From positions 862,282-926,281 of the forward strand of contig NMRA01000055.1 in NCBI GenBank assembly GCA_002633005.1: 64,000 nt of DNA, written 5' to 3'. A program made the position numbers and the translations under genes. Shown in pieces: positions 15,001-27,698 of the stretch (positions within the stretch are counted from its first letter, which is position 1; the number at the start of each line of letters is the position of its first letter). The notes under the pieces were generated by a model that saw only the letters and a program-made list of their open reading frames with translations, made no database searches and was not told where the DNA came from. Source of the stretch: Phoronis australis (lineage: Eukaryota; Animalia; Phoronida).

Positions 15001-18000
15001 CACCAAACAAATGCTTTGTTAATATTTCAATATTCTATCCTATAGCTAGGCTACTATAAGACATTTGGTTTGAGGAATTGCATTCATAGAAATGTTTGTT
15101 CAGCCCTTAAAAGGGATCAAATTTGACCATTAATTTTGGTGAGAAGTCGCTGTATTCTCGCTTACGCTAAGCCTACTTGTCAATGCGTGGTGGCAAAAAA
15201 GTACTAAATCCTGAATGAAAACCTTGATAACTAGGCAAGTTCGAGTGACCTGGAATATAAATTCTGCCAATAAGTGCAATAACGCCCAACAAAGGAGATA
15301 AAAATAGATACAATTTCAAAGGAAAAATGACCTGAAAACTAAGCGAATACAACACAAGGGTTGCAAGAAATACACAAGGACACTGGGCATGCACTGACAA
15401 TGGAGAAAACACATTCCCGCAATCCAATGGGAAAACTATTGGCATTTGCCACATCACTGATCAAGGAATTTACCTATTGACAAAAAATGTCCAGATCAAT
15501 TATTAAAGTTTAGCAGATGGGACTTCTAGAATTTAACCCAAGGCATCTTAGATATCTAGGTCACTTGGAAGTGAATATTCGTAGATTTGCCTCATGGTGA
15601 AAACGAAAAGGAAAGAGGAAAATTGTCAATGTTGTTACAAAATGACAACATTTAGTGTTAGCGCATGCAATTTCAAAAAATTAGGCAGCTCAGAAAACAA
15701 GAAGCCGGAAGCTATAATAGAAAAATTAGTTAAGTTATTTGGACTCTTAATTTACAAAAAAATGCAACTTGTAATTGTTGAAATAAAAATAAACATTTTT
15801 AAAATTTATATAAACCAAAGTTCCTAGGTATTGGAATTTTAATACAATCAAGATACGTCATCAACTAAAATATACACAAACAAGAAAACCGGCATGTATT
15901 TTCTGGCAAAGAAATGTAGTATTGTACGGTAGTAAAACAGATCTGAGGACTTCGGATAAAAAAGGAAACACCCTAAAAATCAAAGAACACAATACACACT
16001 CTATGAGATTTGACGCAAAACAAACAACAATTTCAAAAATGAACAAAACTTCTTCATTAGCTGCATTGACTGGACTGAGGACTTTTGCTCATTATTACTG
16101 AGCCCCATGCATGAAGATGTGAATATCATAATTGCAAAAATTTTTGTTATTTGTAAAGAATTTGAAACCAAGGGATGCCCTCAGATTATTCGTTGAATAG
16201 TAGCATATCCCTGCAGATTATCCTTGTAAGAAAACAAAATATTCTGATAAAAATCTTAGTCAGGAGTGCCATGCTTAGGACATTGAATGCTGCTTTTCGT
16301 GGTCATTTGAAAATCAGAATACACCTTTACACGAAAGCATAATTATAACAACCACTGTAGCGCTGTAGCGAATGATGTCATATATACAGAGTCCACATGT
16401 TACATTTTATAACTTCAAGCATCACCTGTAGGAAACCACACACCTAAAAGGTGAACACTGCAGAACAGTCAAACAACAGAATGACAGAGACATACAGTAA
16501 TGACAAGGGGACGGGAAACAGAAAATCAATGGGGGTCTGGGCCAGAGTTCTAACTTGGTTTCTCACTGACGATGTTTTGAGTTAAGACACCAAATGTCTG
16601 GACTCTATGTACAGTATGTTGTAAATATGACATCGTTCCCTAAAGCACTAGTTGTTTTCTTGTATTGATTTGGCCTAAAATCAGAATCAGAACCAATTCA
16701 CCCTTAGTTGTTGAAAAATGGCTCCTTGCATGAAAGCAAAGACAAGGCCAACACGACACAATACAATTTACCTCCAATGGACCATCAGCTCTCATCCTCC
16801 GGATATCTAACAAAAAACCTGGTACATGTACAATCTCATCATCATTCGAAAATTATTAGAAAAAGTTGCGCAGTTTTATGGTAAATTCACAGAGAATCAA
16901 GCGCAAACATCTGTAGTTCATGTTGTCTGGGACAAAGGAAAGTGACTGTCCACAATGAGCAGCTTACGGTAGACAACAGAAAATTCAAAGACTCAAGTTA
17001 CAAAATTCATATACAAGTCTGAAAGTCAATATACAAGGCCATCAATCCCTCAGTTTTGGGGCCAGATATCAGCCCCATTCCCCCTGAAAAGTATTATTTT
17101 AAAAATCATGCAAAATTCCCATCATGAGGCCCAAAAATTCCCCTCAAGTGATTGAAAATTCCCCTTGATGTTCAAATCATATGTAACTCACACGGGTGAC
17201 AATTTGAAAATGCACAAAAAGTTAGTTTTGGCTACTCAAGGCAGAGCCTGTGAGGGCTTGCAACAGGGTAAGGGTACTATTGATGGTGATCGGGAGTTGG
17301 ATTTTCCTCTAACCCCAAAACAAAAATTTTCCCTCTCAGAAGGCACAGGCACCTTTCCCCTCAGATGAACAAGGGCCCTGATATATTGTAGGGATTTGTG
17401 AGTAAGTCTAACATAAATGCAATTTACTAGTACCAAAAATTCAAAAAGTCCTATTTTTGCTCAAGAAATGACAAATCTCCTAATACTTCAAACTCGTTAC
17501 ATCTATAGGTTTTCAAAGTTGAGGCAAGTAAGCCAAACTTATCATGACAAAATCCAAACTCGATGCAGCGATGAGTCAAAACAGGTTGTAGAGACCATTG
17601 GACACTCATCATAAAACAGAACCGACAGAACTGATCCAAAGATGCTTCATAGAAATATCACTTAGACACAAATAAGTTTGTATTATTTTTGTCCAGAAGC
17701 TTCATTATTCTGAGCGATCCTTTTCACGAAATGTGTTTTTGTCTGAAAGTATGAGGACGGTTGGCATGACATTCAAAATGTGTAATGTGGTTCCATGTTG
17801 ATATAATCGTTAATAAGAGGAAATAGGACTCTAGTTAATAAAAAATCAGTTTGTAATCAAGACAACCTACTTGCAACATTTTGCAGAACCAAAAGTGTGT
17901 AATGCTCTATGCTCTACTGCATATTAACAGAATCTCAATAACCGTTTCAAAGTTAGCTAAGGAAAATTATAGACAGCTATAAATAGTGACCAGGTAAATA

Positions 18001-18066
18001 GTTAAGTCCCAAATCTGAGACCCAGAAATTCACGTGACATTTATCCATGTTAAAACTAACGTAAAG

Positions 18067-18204
18067 CAAGGAAACAACGAATGGCAGAACGGTGAGCCCA
18101 CTTTCACGTGGGCTGACACGGTTTTTCCCACACTAAAACCAACATAAACCAAGGAAACAACGAATGGCAGAACAGTGAGCTAACTTTCATGTTGGCTGAC
18201 ACGG
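18067..18204. repeat. Two ~55-bp direct repeats, period 83, each with a hairpin
   Basis: caaggaaacaacgaatggcagaac(g/a)gtgagc...ggctgacacgg at 18067 and 18150. Confidence 0.9.
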
Positions 18205-18657
18205 TATGCCTACAGTACAGTCTGTCACGACAAAACGTAGGCCTAGATAGTACTAGTAGATACTCGTTAGGCCTACCCAAGTGGATTTCCAGTTCAGACG
18301 GCAAAACATATACGATTTGAGACAAAAAAATCCCATACAAATTATACACGGGCGAACTATACACAACAATCTGCCCTTACTATTTAATTGACGAACGAAA
18401 AGATTCTTGTAATTATCTGAGTGAAATGAAACTACACTGTCTGTCCTCGACTGCACAGCAGTGGAGAGAACCCATGTCGAGGTGTCACTTCGGCATTCTT
18501 GTTTTTCGATGTCATTACCAACAGCAAAGACATCATTGCAGTGCGATTCGTACCCAAATGTTGTTTCAGACAATGATGTGCCAATATAAACTTTTTCTTT
18601 TGAAACTGCTCCAGAAAAAACAGACTAAAATATGAAAATCTACGTTAGAAAACTCAC

Positions 18658-18750
18658 CTCTCAAGCAGTTGTGTATCGATCAAATTATCATTATATTGAC
18701 CGGCAAATACCCGTATGTAGGAAACGTGGATCTGCCGCTAGGGCACTTTA
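18658..18750 (-). other. Candidate non-coding 5' exon of Rab3
   Basis: GAG|GTGAGT donor at 18657-18652, near the transition from CpG-poor to CpG-normal sequence. The 5' boundary is unknown. Confidence 0.3.
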
Positions 18751-18851
18751 TGTTCTGACATCTAACGGTAATCAAATAAACTATTACCCTGTGTTCTGAC
18801 ACCCGACCAACGAGTTTCTAAGTTTCAACCCGGTCTTGGCTATAGGCGCAC

Positions 18852-18966
18852 CAGTGACGGATTTAGAAGGGGGCCAAGGGCAGTTCTGGAGTGAGAATTT
18901 CTGACGGGCAAAATACTGACCAATACTCTGCCCCCTCCCTAACTCAAAATCCTGGATCCGTCCCTG
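18852..18966 (+). mobile_element. MITE family A copy
   Basis: cagtgacggatttag ... cctggatccgtccctg, with flanks cgcac / cggcac. Confidence 0.8.
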
Positions 18967-19721
18967 CGGCACTGCCTGGTTTTGACCCCCGGCCGCTAAA
19001 GAACTCAGCATAAATATAGTTGTCTTTTGTCCCCTCACCCCTTAAATCCATCCCTTCTATCGCCACTCATTTCCATGCACACCATCAATTTCGCACCACT
19101 TTCCCTACCATAGGAGTGCTTACGCGGTTATTTGAGGGACAAACAACAAGAAAGTAATAAAATTTCACAAAAGTAATTACTTTTTAGATATGAAAAAGAT
19201 CGTAATGTGTTTTGGGTATAAAATTGATATTGTGCACAGTATTTTTTCACAGTTCACTTTATTATGGTGCCCAAAAAATTGTATTGCCAAAATCTCTCTT
19301 TCGGGGGTTCGAAAGTAAGAAAGTCCTACCGCGGGCAGTGAAATCTGTAGAAATACGGGGAGAAATACCATCCCCTTGGAAATGAGCAGACTGTAAGGAA
19401 ACTTCGGTAATATTTCAATCTATTTGAGAGTGAAAGCGTGACCTCAAAAGGTCAAGATTCACTTTTACTGGTGTCACAGTTCAGTCCTCTCCCCTCCAAC
19501 AAAAGTGACCAAATTTCACCAACCTATTTCAAAAGTCACCGAAACGCCAAATTCTAGTTATTTAGATTGGTAACAATATCTAGAGCATTTTACTAATGAC
19601 AGAACTGAATTTCACCCCTATATTTCAGCGGCTGAATCTATTTTCCTTGAAGCATTATTAATTAAAATTTTAATTTAGTTTTTAATTGTCAAGAAATCAT
19701 CCACGATTTAAGTAGACGTAT

Positions 19722-19974
19722 CATACGCCCACTCAGCCTCAGGGGCTCCAATTTTTGAAAATGTGGACCTTTTATGAAGATGGCAGGTACGTTCAGAGCT
19801 ATGAATTGTGCATTCGCCGGAGTTTGGTACTTCCTGCTTTTTCAATGGGCTTTTTTCTCGTTTTCTAATTTTTTCGGAGTTTTTGCTTCTCTGAGGAGGA
19901 CATTTTTTGCCCACTTCACCAAATGGGAGGGGCTCGTTCGAGCCCCCAAGCCCCCACCCCTGGATGCGCGCATG
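19722..19974 (+). mobile_element. MITE family B copy
   Basis: catacgcccactcag ... ctggatgcgcgcatg TIRs. Body shared with 24663-24946 and, reversed, 46928-47177. Flanks cgtat / cgcat. Confidence 0.8.
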
Positions 19975-20415
19975 CGCATACATTAACTTGTGAATGAGGA
20001 ACTCAGCAGTTAGGCCCAAAAATCTTAGTTGGTTCTGGTCTCTACCGCTTCTCATTTTGAGGCCTAAATTGAAAATAACAACTGCATCAATTTCCGTTAA
20101 GTCTCGTGTTTTTTGTTTTTGGTTTGGAAAGCTACACAACGCAGATGAATAAGTCGAGACTCGGCACGCCATGATTTTCCAAGCAGTTAGTAAAAAAGAA
20201 CAAATCCTGAATTGTTTTGCTCGTCTCAGGTGGATTCTCTTTTTTGAAAATGTGAGCAACTAAAAATACTGCACCATTGACTTGATTGTAAAAAACGGAG
20301 GCCAGAGCAAACTATGTCGTGCCGTTTGACTTCACCAGACAGAAAAAAATAATATTGACTTTGTTAGGTCGTCACATGGCAAGAAACTATGCGTAATAAC
20401 CAAAGCTATACTTAC

Positions 20416-20660
20416 AAGGCGCTTCTTCGCTCAGAATAGTTAGCTACATATATTTTAACTTTTGGGATTTGTCGCAGCGGCAAAGCGTTCGTCCGTCTGC
20501 TATTGCAAATCTAGTGGCCCGGATTTCGGATTCCGTCCGTATATTAGTTTTGAATTTTGACAATAGATATCGCTTAATGCATCGAGTTAACGCGGCAGCC
20601 AACGTAACAGGCCCGTCAGCCAGCATTGAGCGGGGGTGGTTCGAATTTCTAGAACGATGA
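20416..20660 (-). other. Candidate alternative first non-coding exon / promoter region of Rab3
   Basis: GTAAGT donor at 20415-20410 followed upstream by a CpG-rich, UTR-like segment. Confidence 0.3.
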
Positions 20661-21057
20661 GTCTGATATTTTGCAAACATCGACACTGTAAAGTTTTCAG
20701 TAAGGCCTTTGACGCAGCTTAATGGGGGGAGGGGGGGGGGGATCTGTATGCACAACGATGACTCTCAGCTCTATGTTCATGAGATCGGAGAAAGAATTTG
20801 TAATAACAATACCATCGAAATGAAGCTGTGACGATCGCTCGCATAGAAAGGGACGGCAAATTCGGATATGTTGTGGTCCAGAAAGAGAACGTTCTCGCAT
20901 TACCTCCTGCCAAACTTTCAAATCACCCATGCCTAAATCGGAGTGGTTACACCTGACAGACATATTTGGACGGAAATATATGGAGTTTTGGCGGAGAATG
21001 ACTTGACGAAATTGCCTATCTGGTTGTATTTTTGCGTGTTATTTAAGTTGCTTACAA

Positions 21058-21135
21058 CCCACTATTTCGAAGGTTCACTAGGCTACTCCGAAGGTTCACT
21101 ATTCCGACGGCTCTCTACTTCGAAGTTTCACTGCT
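21058..21135. repeat. Short ~17-bp tandem array (ctattccgaaggttca-like)
   Basis: Four degenerate units visible. Probably the core of a non-autonomous element. Confidence 0.7.
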
Positions 21136-21324
21136 CGGCTGGGCCAATTAGGTTAGTTGCTCCGAAAATATCTGAACTTTCAAACTCATGAAATGAGTTA
21201 ATACATTTACATGCAAAAATAAACGATACTTCGGTTACTAGATGCACCTATAAAACAACACCTGGGTATTAAAACATTTTGTTTGGACTTCATGTGGAGA
21301 TTGACCACCGTCTCTAGCTGACCA

Positions 21325-21720
21325 GTACTTCTTCTTCAGCGTTCCCGGCTATGTAGTTCAGATGGTCAGTACCTGGTCTTTTGGGCGAAGTCTGCAGTTC
21401 GCCGCAAGCCGTCGAGCCCCAGAGTTTTACCTTGAGTTCCACCGGACTGGGCCATGTCTGGCGCCTTAGGGCAGCTCTGCAGTAAATGCTCAGGTATCTA
21501 GGGGCCAGTGCCACAGGGGCACTCGTCTGTGTGAGAGATTTTCAGGCGATGACTCAGTGTTCCTGCCGGTCAAGCTGGTGGATATAGTTTTCTTCAGTCC
21601 CCAGACGTAGGCGTTCCCGTTAGGCATTTCTAAAGTGACTTCGTAGGTGGGTTTTTACTTCTCCATATGATGATGGGTGCGACGTCTGCTCAGTCCAGTT
21701 TGCTTCCTGCCTTGGAGAGT
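21325..21720 (-). mobile_element. 3' fragment of an I-group (Ingi/Nimb-like) LINE
   Basis: Minus strand gives DECPCGTGP*IPEHLLQSCP (CCHC knuckle), then RRQTWPSPVELKVKLWG, ending in a short (GAA)n tail. Confidence 0.7.
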
Positions 21721-22456
21721 CAGTACAACAACTATAGAAACGGAGGTCAGATTTCATGTGCATGCGAAATTGTCTTAAAATGAGTACGCACTTGCATTTT
21801 TAAGACGATTTGAAGTAGGAATACTTATTATATGAATTATCAACCACGACACATTCATCAAACCCATGTCAAGATCGCAACGCAGCACGGCTGAAGAGTT
21901 TTGGGCCGCTGCGCCTTAACCTCCGCACCCAAGGAACCTCGTGCACGGCTGAGTAAGTAGCAACTAAATGTAGACAATAGGGGGTACCCTGTTCTTGCCA
22001 GTCTTCACGAAGTCAGGGAGTCCCATTCAGTCTTCTTAAATTTGAAACCGCCTGCAGGCTTAACCCTTACCTCAGACGTTGTGTCTGCTTTAGAATGAGC
22101 CGTGAGGAGACAATCAGAGTAGAAGTCTGCAGGGTTGTGCACCATTGACGCTGAATGACAAGAGAATGTTTAGTTCTTCATTGACCAAAGTTCAGGTCTA
22201 GGCCTAGGCTACTTTTCTCTCATAAAGTGAAAATGCTCTACAGGGTATTCTCAGTGCAAGAAAACACGGTAGTTGAATGGATGGTTTTTGCCTATAGTGA
22301 ACTCAAACGCACACACGTGTACACCCATGGAAATCAATCCACCAATCCACAATCAAAGTGACACGTACTGAATAAACAACATATTTGCATATTGGACGAT
22401 CACATCCAATTCAAAAATTGAAAACGCCTGCACTTTACCGTATTATGCTTGCACTT

Positions 22457-22746
22457 GTGGGCGCACCCAGGGGGGGGGGNGGGCTGGGGGGGACTCGAAC
22501 GAGCTCCAATTTGGCAACTCCAATTTGGCAAATTGAGCAAAAAAGTGCGCCTCAGTGAAACAAAAAGTCCGCCGTTAACGAGACAAAAGTGCACAAAGTA
22601 CACAGGATGAATTCGGCGCGGATTCACGATTGGCAGGCCTGAACATAGTGGCCCCGTTTTTTTAGTCCTGGTTGATTTTTTTCAGTAAAAGGTCCGCATA
22701 GCGAAGAATTTGAGCCCCCCTATATTTTAGTCTTGGTGCGCGCATG
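22457..22746 (-). mobile_element. MITE family B-related copy; its right part is repeated at 22819-23042
   Basis: gcgcacccag ... ggtgcgcgcatg termini. Confidence 0.7.
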
Positions 22747-24136
22747 CAATTAAACCAAAATAGCAGTATAACAAATCCCAATTTTCCGCTGTTTTGTTTC
22801 TTGACCGATTTTAAAGCNATTTGGCAAATTGAGCAAAAAAGTGCGCCTCAGTGAAACAAAAAGTCCGCCGTTAACGAGACAAAAGTGCACAAAGTACACA
22901 GGATGAATTCGGCGCGGATTCACGATTGGCAGGCCTGAACATAGTGGCCCCGTTTTTTTAGTCCTGGTTGATTTTTTTCAGTAAAAGGTCCGCATAGCGA
23001 AGAATTTGAGCCCCCCTATATTTTAGTCTTGGTGCGCGCATGCAATTAAACCAAAATAGCAGGGTGAGTATAACAAATCCCAATTTTCCGCTGTTTTGTT
23101 TCTTGACCGATTTTAAAGCACTTTACACCGCACTACTTTTTGGGAGCTCTCTCGTTGCTACATAGCTTACTTACGTCATAGGGCTAGACTTTTATGCCTT
23201 GGTATAGACATTCACTTCTAGAACCCCTTGTTACCCTTTGGTGTACGTGTAGCCACCACGCGCGTGGTTTAGGAATAACATAAAGCCTCCTCTTATCGTA
23301 TGCACGATCCTGTTATCTACAAACACCGGCACTCGGGCGAAGTTGGCCGGGTTCGGCCCGATGCCACGTGAAGCAAATTCAAAATTATTACTAACTTAGT
23401 TATCACTGTAGTCAGTAGTACCAGTAGCGACACCAATTTTGTTGTCGTTGTCCACTTATACCCTATCTTTACAGATATGCTGGGGCTGGACCTTTTCAGC
23501 GGGGGAGGGGTTCGATCGAACCTCCCGAATCCCCCTGTGGTTACGGGCCTGTATAATAAGTCTTATAATTTCCCTACCCTGATAGGATTCTAGTTCCGTT
23601 GCCCATAAGAACATCGAAACCATCAGCGATCCAAGAAAATGGTTCAGAATTTATTTTAAGTTTTCACCTCAACTCAAGAATTTCGAATTCGGAAATGATA
23701 CGTGTAAACTATACCTGTGACTTGGGTTATCGTTGACTCATTTGGTTTAACATCGGATGAGCGTAGTAATGCTCAGTTTAAACCTCGAAGCGCTTCTGTC
23801 AAGAATTCAACATTGACAACAAAAGAGCGGTGAAATGCAGATAAACCAGGAAATGTTAATTATTTGTTTATACTATACATTCTGCCCGACTCCTGTGAGG
23901 GGTGGGCACACCAAAAGGCACCCAAACTGATTTTTTGTGGGACCGCAAAAAGTGCTGAATGTGTAATTTTTATTTACACGTCGGATGCCTCAAAAGGTTG
24001 ATGAGCCCAGGTTCACCTGGTGGTAGACTATAGAGATGGGAATGATAAAAAGTTGTTTGCAAGAAATGGTGACAACTTTAGAGGGAGGAAATGGGCCATC
24101 ACTAAAGCACGGTCGGACCTACGGTATTGTGCGTTT

Positions 24137-24291
24137 CAGTGGCGGATTTAGAGGGGAGCCAAGGGACATGGCCCCCCTAAAATTCTCCCACATTCCATTT
24201 GGCAGTTCAAGGGTGCGAATGTCTAGACGGGCAAAATCCTGGCTAATACTCTGCCCTGCCCCCCTAACTCAAAATCCTGGATCCGCCCCTG
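24137..24291 (+). mobile_element. MITE family A, longest copy
   Basis: CAGTGGCGGAT ... ATCCGCCCCTG TIRs with a perfect 5-bp duplication cgttt. Confidence 0.85.
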
Positions 24292-24662
24292 CGTTTGGAA
24301 TCTTCCTGAGCAACTTGATGGTTGGCCTCAAGATGAAACGAAAATGTAGAAGTTGTTTCTTAAAGGGATCAACTCGCCCTGTAACAAAAATCAAGTTTTC
24401 ATGTCGACAACTTAGCGGTATGAAATTGGTCTAAAAATTACGTCAGTCAAATCCGAGGTGATTCCAGGGTTTCAAAAGAAGTGACAGTTCGCTATAATTG
24501 CTTGAGACAAGACTGTACAAATTAGATTGTCACGGCGTGGCACTGTCTGTTTGTGTCCCGTGCATGGTCTCAAGAAACAAGATGAAACCAATGTTTAAAA
24601 AAGCAGAAAATGGTCTACATCAAACGTTCGCATCTTGGACTTAACGCGAGTTTACGACTGAG

Positions 24663-24946
24663 AATACGCGCACCCAGTCTAAAAAATGAGGAGTGCGCAC
24701 CCAGTCTAAAAAATGAGGAGCTCCAATTTTTGAGATTGTGGACCTTTTACTACGAATTACGGGGTACGTTCAGAGCTATGAATTGTGCATTCGCCGAATT
24801 TTAGTAGTTCCTGCCTTTTTAGTTAACTTTTGTCTCGTTTTACACTTTTTGGAGTTTTTGTTTCTCTGAGCCGGACCTTTTTGTTCACTTCGCCAAATGG
24901 GGAGGCTCGTAGGACCCCACCGAGCCCCGCCCCTGGGTGCGAGCAT
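24663..24946 (+). mobile_element. MITE family B copy with an internal 27-bp duplication
   Basis: gcgcacccagtctaaaaaatgaggag occurs twice. Ends ctgggtgcgagcatg. Flanks ctgag / ctaag. Confidence 0.8.
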
Positions 24947-27083
24947 GCTAAGTGCTGTAAGCTTTTCCTCTAATTATGATCAATAATGACGAATCATTGC
25001 GACTTAGTAGATGGTATTATATGTCAAATTCTATGACTGTCTTTTCCGCCTAACACATGCCACTGAACACTGTCATCGCAAGGTAAGGCACGGGGTATTT
25101 TTTTGCCGCGTTTTCTCGTGATGAGCCCGTGTTTCTCATCCAACCTGCAACAGAGGTATCCGCATCGTGCAGTGCAGAGGTTTGGTGATGCCCGGGGCGA
25201 ATTTTAATGGATGTCCCTCTCTCTATTAAATTGCATGGATCCTAGTACAAAAGTAAAAAAGATGGAACATTAACTAGAAATTATTGGATGCCCCCCTATG
25301 TGGATGCCCGGGGGGGTGTAGTCTCGTCCCCCCCGGCCCTTCTGCACGCTACTGTTACCGTGATATGACTTCTGAAGAGAACAGAAAAAAATCTATCTGA
25401 CTGAGCCCCGGCGTCTATTGTAATGTGATTCGCTATTGTTCTATTGTTCGTTTTATCTGCGTAATTTGCACAAAGCAAAATGTAGAAACTATGCGTACTG
25501 AAATACTGGTTGTCACAACAGAAGAAAATATTTTCTTGTTTTGGTACGGATGTTATAGCATGTGCGCGCAGGACGAATTCTTTTTCTTTAGATTTGGAAG
25601 GACATACCAGGTCCCCCGTAAATCAGTACGAGTAAATAAATTCAGTGACGAACTTCATGTGCCAATCAAGTGAAACAGACTGACAGAATATACAAATTGT
25701 GATTCAGATCACCAAAGCTTTAGGCCTCTCAGAAGAATTACCCCTTATCAAAATCCGTTCTCTTGCAAATCTTTAATTGATCACCAACACTATAACTTAT
25801 AATACATGTCTAAAACAATGAACCTAGTTCCACACAAATTCGGCGAGATTCCACATGAAACACTGAATCTCGTGCGGCGACATTAGGGGATCAAAAAGTC
25901 GATTGCCGTTTTTATCTTCTCTTCCATGTGTTTCTCATGTTTTTGTTTATATATAACAAAAAGTGAAATCGAGCAGAAAAAAACCATACATGTAACAAGG
26001 ACTAAATGAAAACAAGACGGCATAATTCAATATAACTTTCCGACTCATCGACGATGACTCAGTTTATCTTTTTGGTTACCAAGGCGACAATAGGCAAAAC
26101 AGAAAACAAATACACCAATTGATTCATTCAACGCTCAGATGGGAAGTTGTAACTATTTTCCTGGTGTTAACGCTGGGTCAAAGCAGACGATCGGAACACG
26201 AGGAAGCTCTTAGTCACTCGCGTGGATATTTTATCTGTGAATGTATTTTGCAGTGCTTGTTTGTGCTAAAAACGATTACTTCTCAAATCAAGTCAAGTCA
26301 AAATTGCCAACTGCAAAACCAGAACAAATCAAGCAATGTTCTACATCGAGATTAATGAAGTCAGCGACAAGAAAACTGTATTTTCGTACTTCAATGAACA
26401 ATCTATTGTTTACTGGGGTGCGTAATTAGTTCCAGTTTTATGCAAATGTTCATTGGTTTCTTTAGCTTGAACTTTAAAAAGTTGCCACAAATTATTTACG
26501 AAAGCAGTATCTACCTTGTACCGAAATACATCACGATTCAGTCGTCAAAAACTTGCGTGACTATATACCTACATTTCATGCGCCAAAAGTAAGACGCCAC
26601 GGAAAAATCTTTTGGCGAGTCGGATTGAGGTGACGATCTTTTCCTCGAGATTCTAAGTGTTACTTTACCAGCCAACCGACTGTGAAAATCGTGATAATCG
26701 CATATCTGTTATTAAAATCTTAACTGTGGTGCGCGAAGTCATTTCAGTCTTGTAAAAATGCTGGAAAATGTCCAATTAAGAGATATTCGACTTCAGTTGC
26801 GTGAAGCGATGAGTAGCAGCAATACTTACTCCCCCTGGTGTGGAGTTTTTGGCAGTCGTACTTTGATGTTTATGTTTGTGTAGGTTAAGAATGTGCGCAC
26901 ATCAAGGCCACGGATAAGGGACGTACTTGTAAACTTCAGTGGTATGCGGTGTTTAATATTATAAAGTCGTTCGCTGCACTTTTACGTAATAGCGTAGTTT
27001 CACGTTGAGGAAATAACCGTTTCGATTTGAGCAAGGGGGCTAAAGACTCTATTAAATGAATAAGCAATTTTAAGATATAATTA

Positions 27084-27089
27084 TTTATT
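27084..27089 (-). terminator. Probable KLF polyadenylation signal AATAAA
   Basis: AATAAA on the minus strand at the end of a U/AU-rich stretch about 610 nt after the stop codon. Confidence 0.6.
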
Positions 27090-27698
27090 TTAACACAAGT
27101 CGGCTATCTCAGAAACAGACTTTCACAAACAGTCTCTTTTCAACATTACTGGTCACAGATGCGAAATATAATATAAAAATACAAAGTTTTTCGAAATACA
27201 AATAATAAGCACCATATTAATTAGTGAAATAAACCAACTGTATACAAACAGTTAGTGAAAAGCACATCAACTTGCCAGCAAGTTTCCATTTACAAAATCT
27301 CAGTTGAATCTCAAACTGAACACAAGAATCGCTCCGTCGGCTTGTTCAACAGCCACTAGGAGAGAGAACTTATGACTGCAACTGGCTCGCAGAAGAAGTC
27401 TGATTGCACTGCTCAAACATTGCACATATCACAGTAAAGAGTGGGAATGCCGTTCACGACCAGCGTGTGGCTTATGGCACATTCCAGCTCCTCCATATTT
27501 TTGTTTGGTTGCCAGAGATGGTACAAGAAGGCACCAATGACGGGACAGGAGGGAGCCTGGACCCTATATTACTGTGCATAGTGATTCAAAGTAAGACAAG
27601 AATAAATGGTAACAAACCACTAGGGCTGAAAACATTAAACTTGGCTACCAAATCAATAAACTATGCAAGACACCTCATAACAATCAAACAATTTTAAG

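Noticed and set aside
19708-20259. 183-aa ORF
   Set aside because: It runs through a MITE family B copy, lacks an ATG start and has no recognisable domain.
22519-23118. ~300-bp near-perfect tandem duplication
   Set aside because: The copies are joined by an N at 22818 and differ by a small indel. This is most likely a contig or haplotype overlap artefact.
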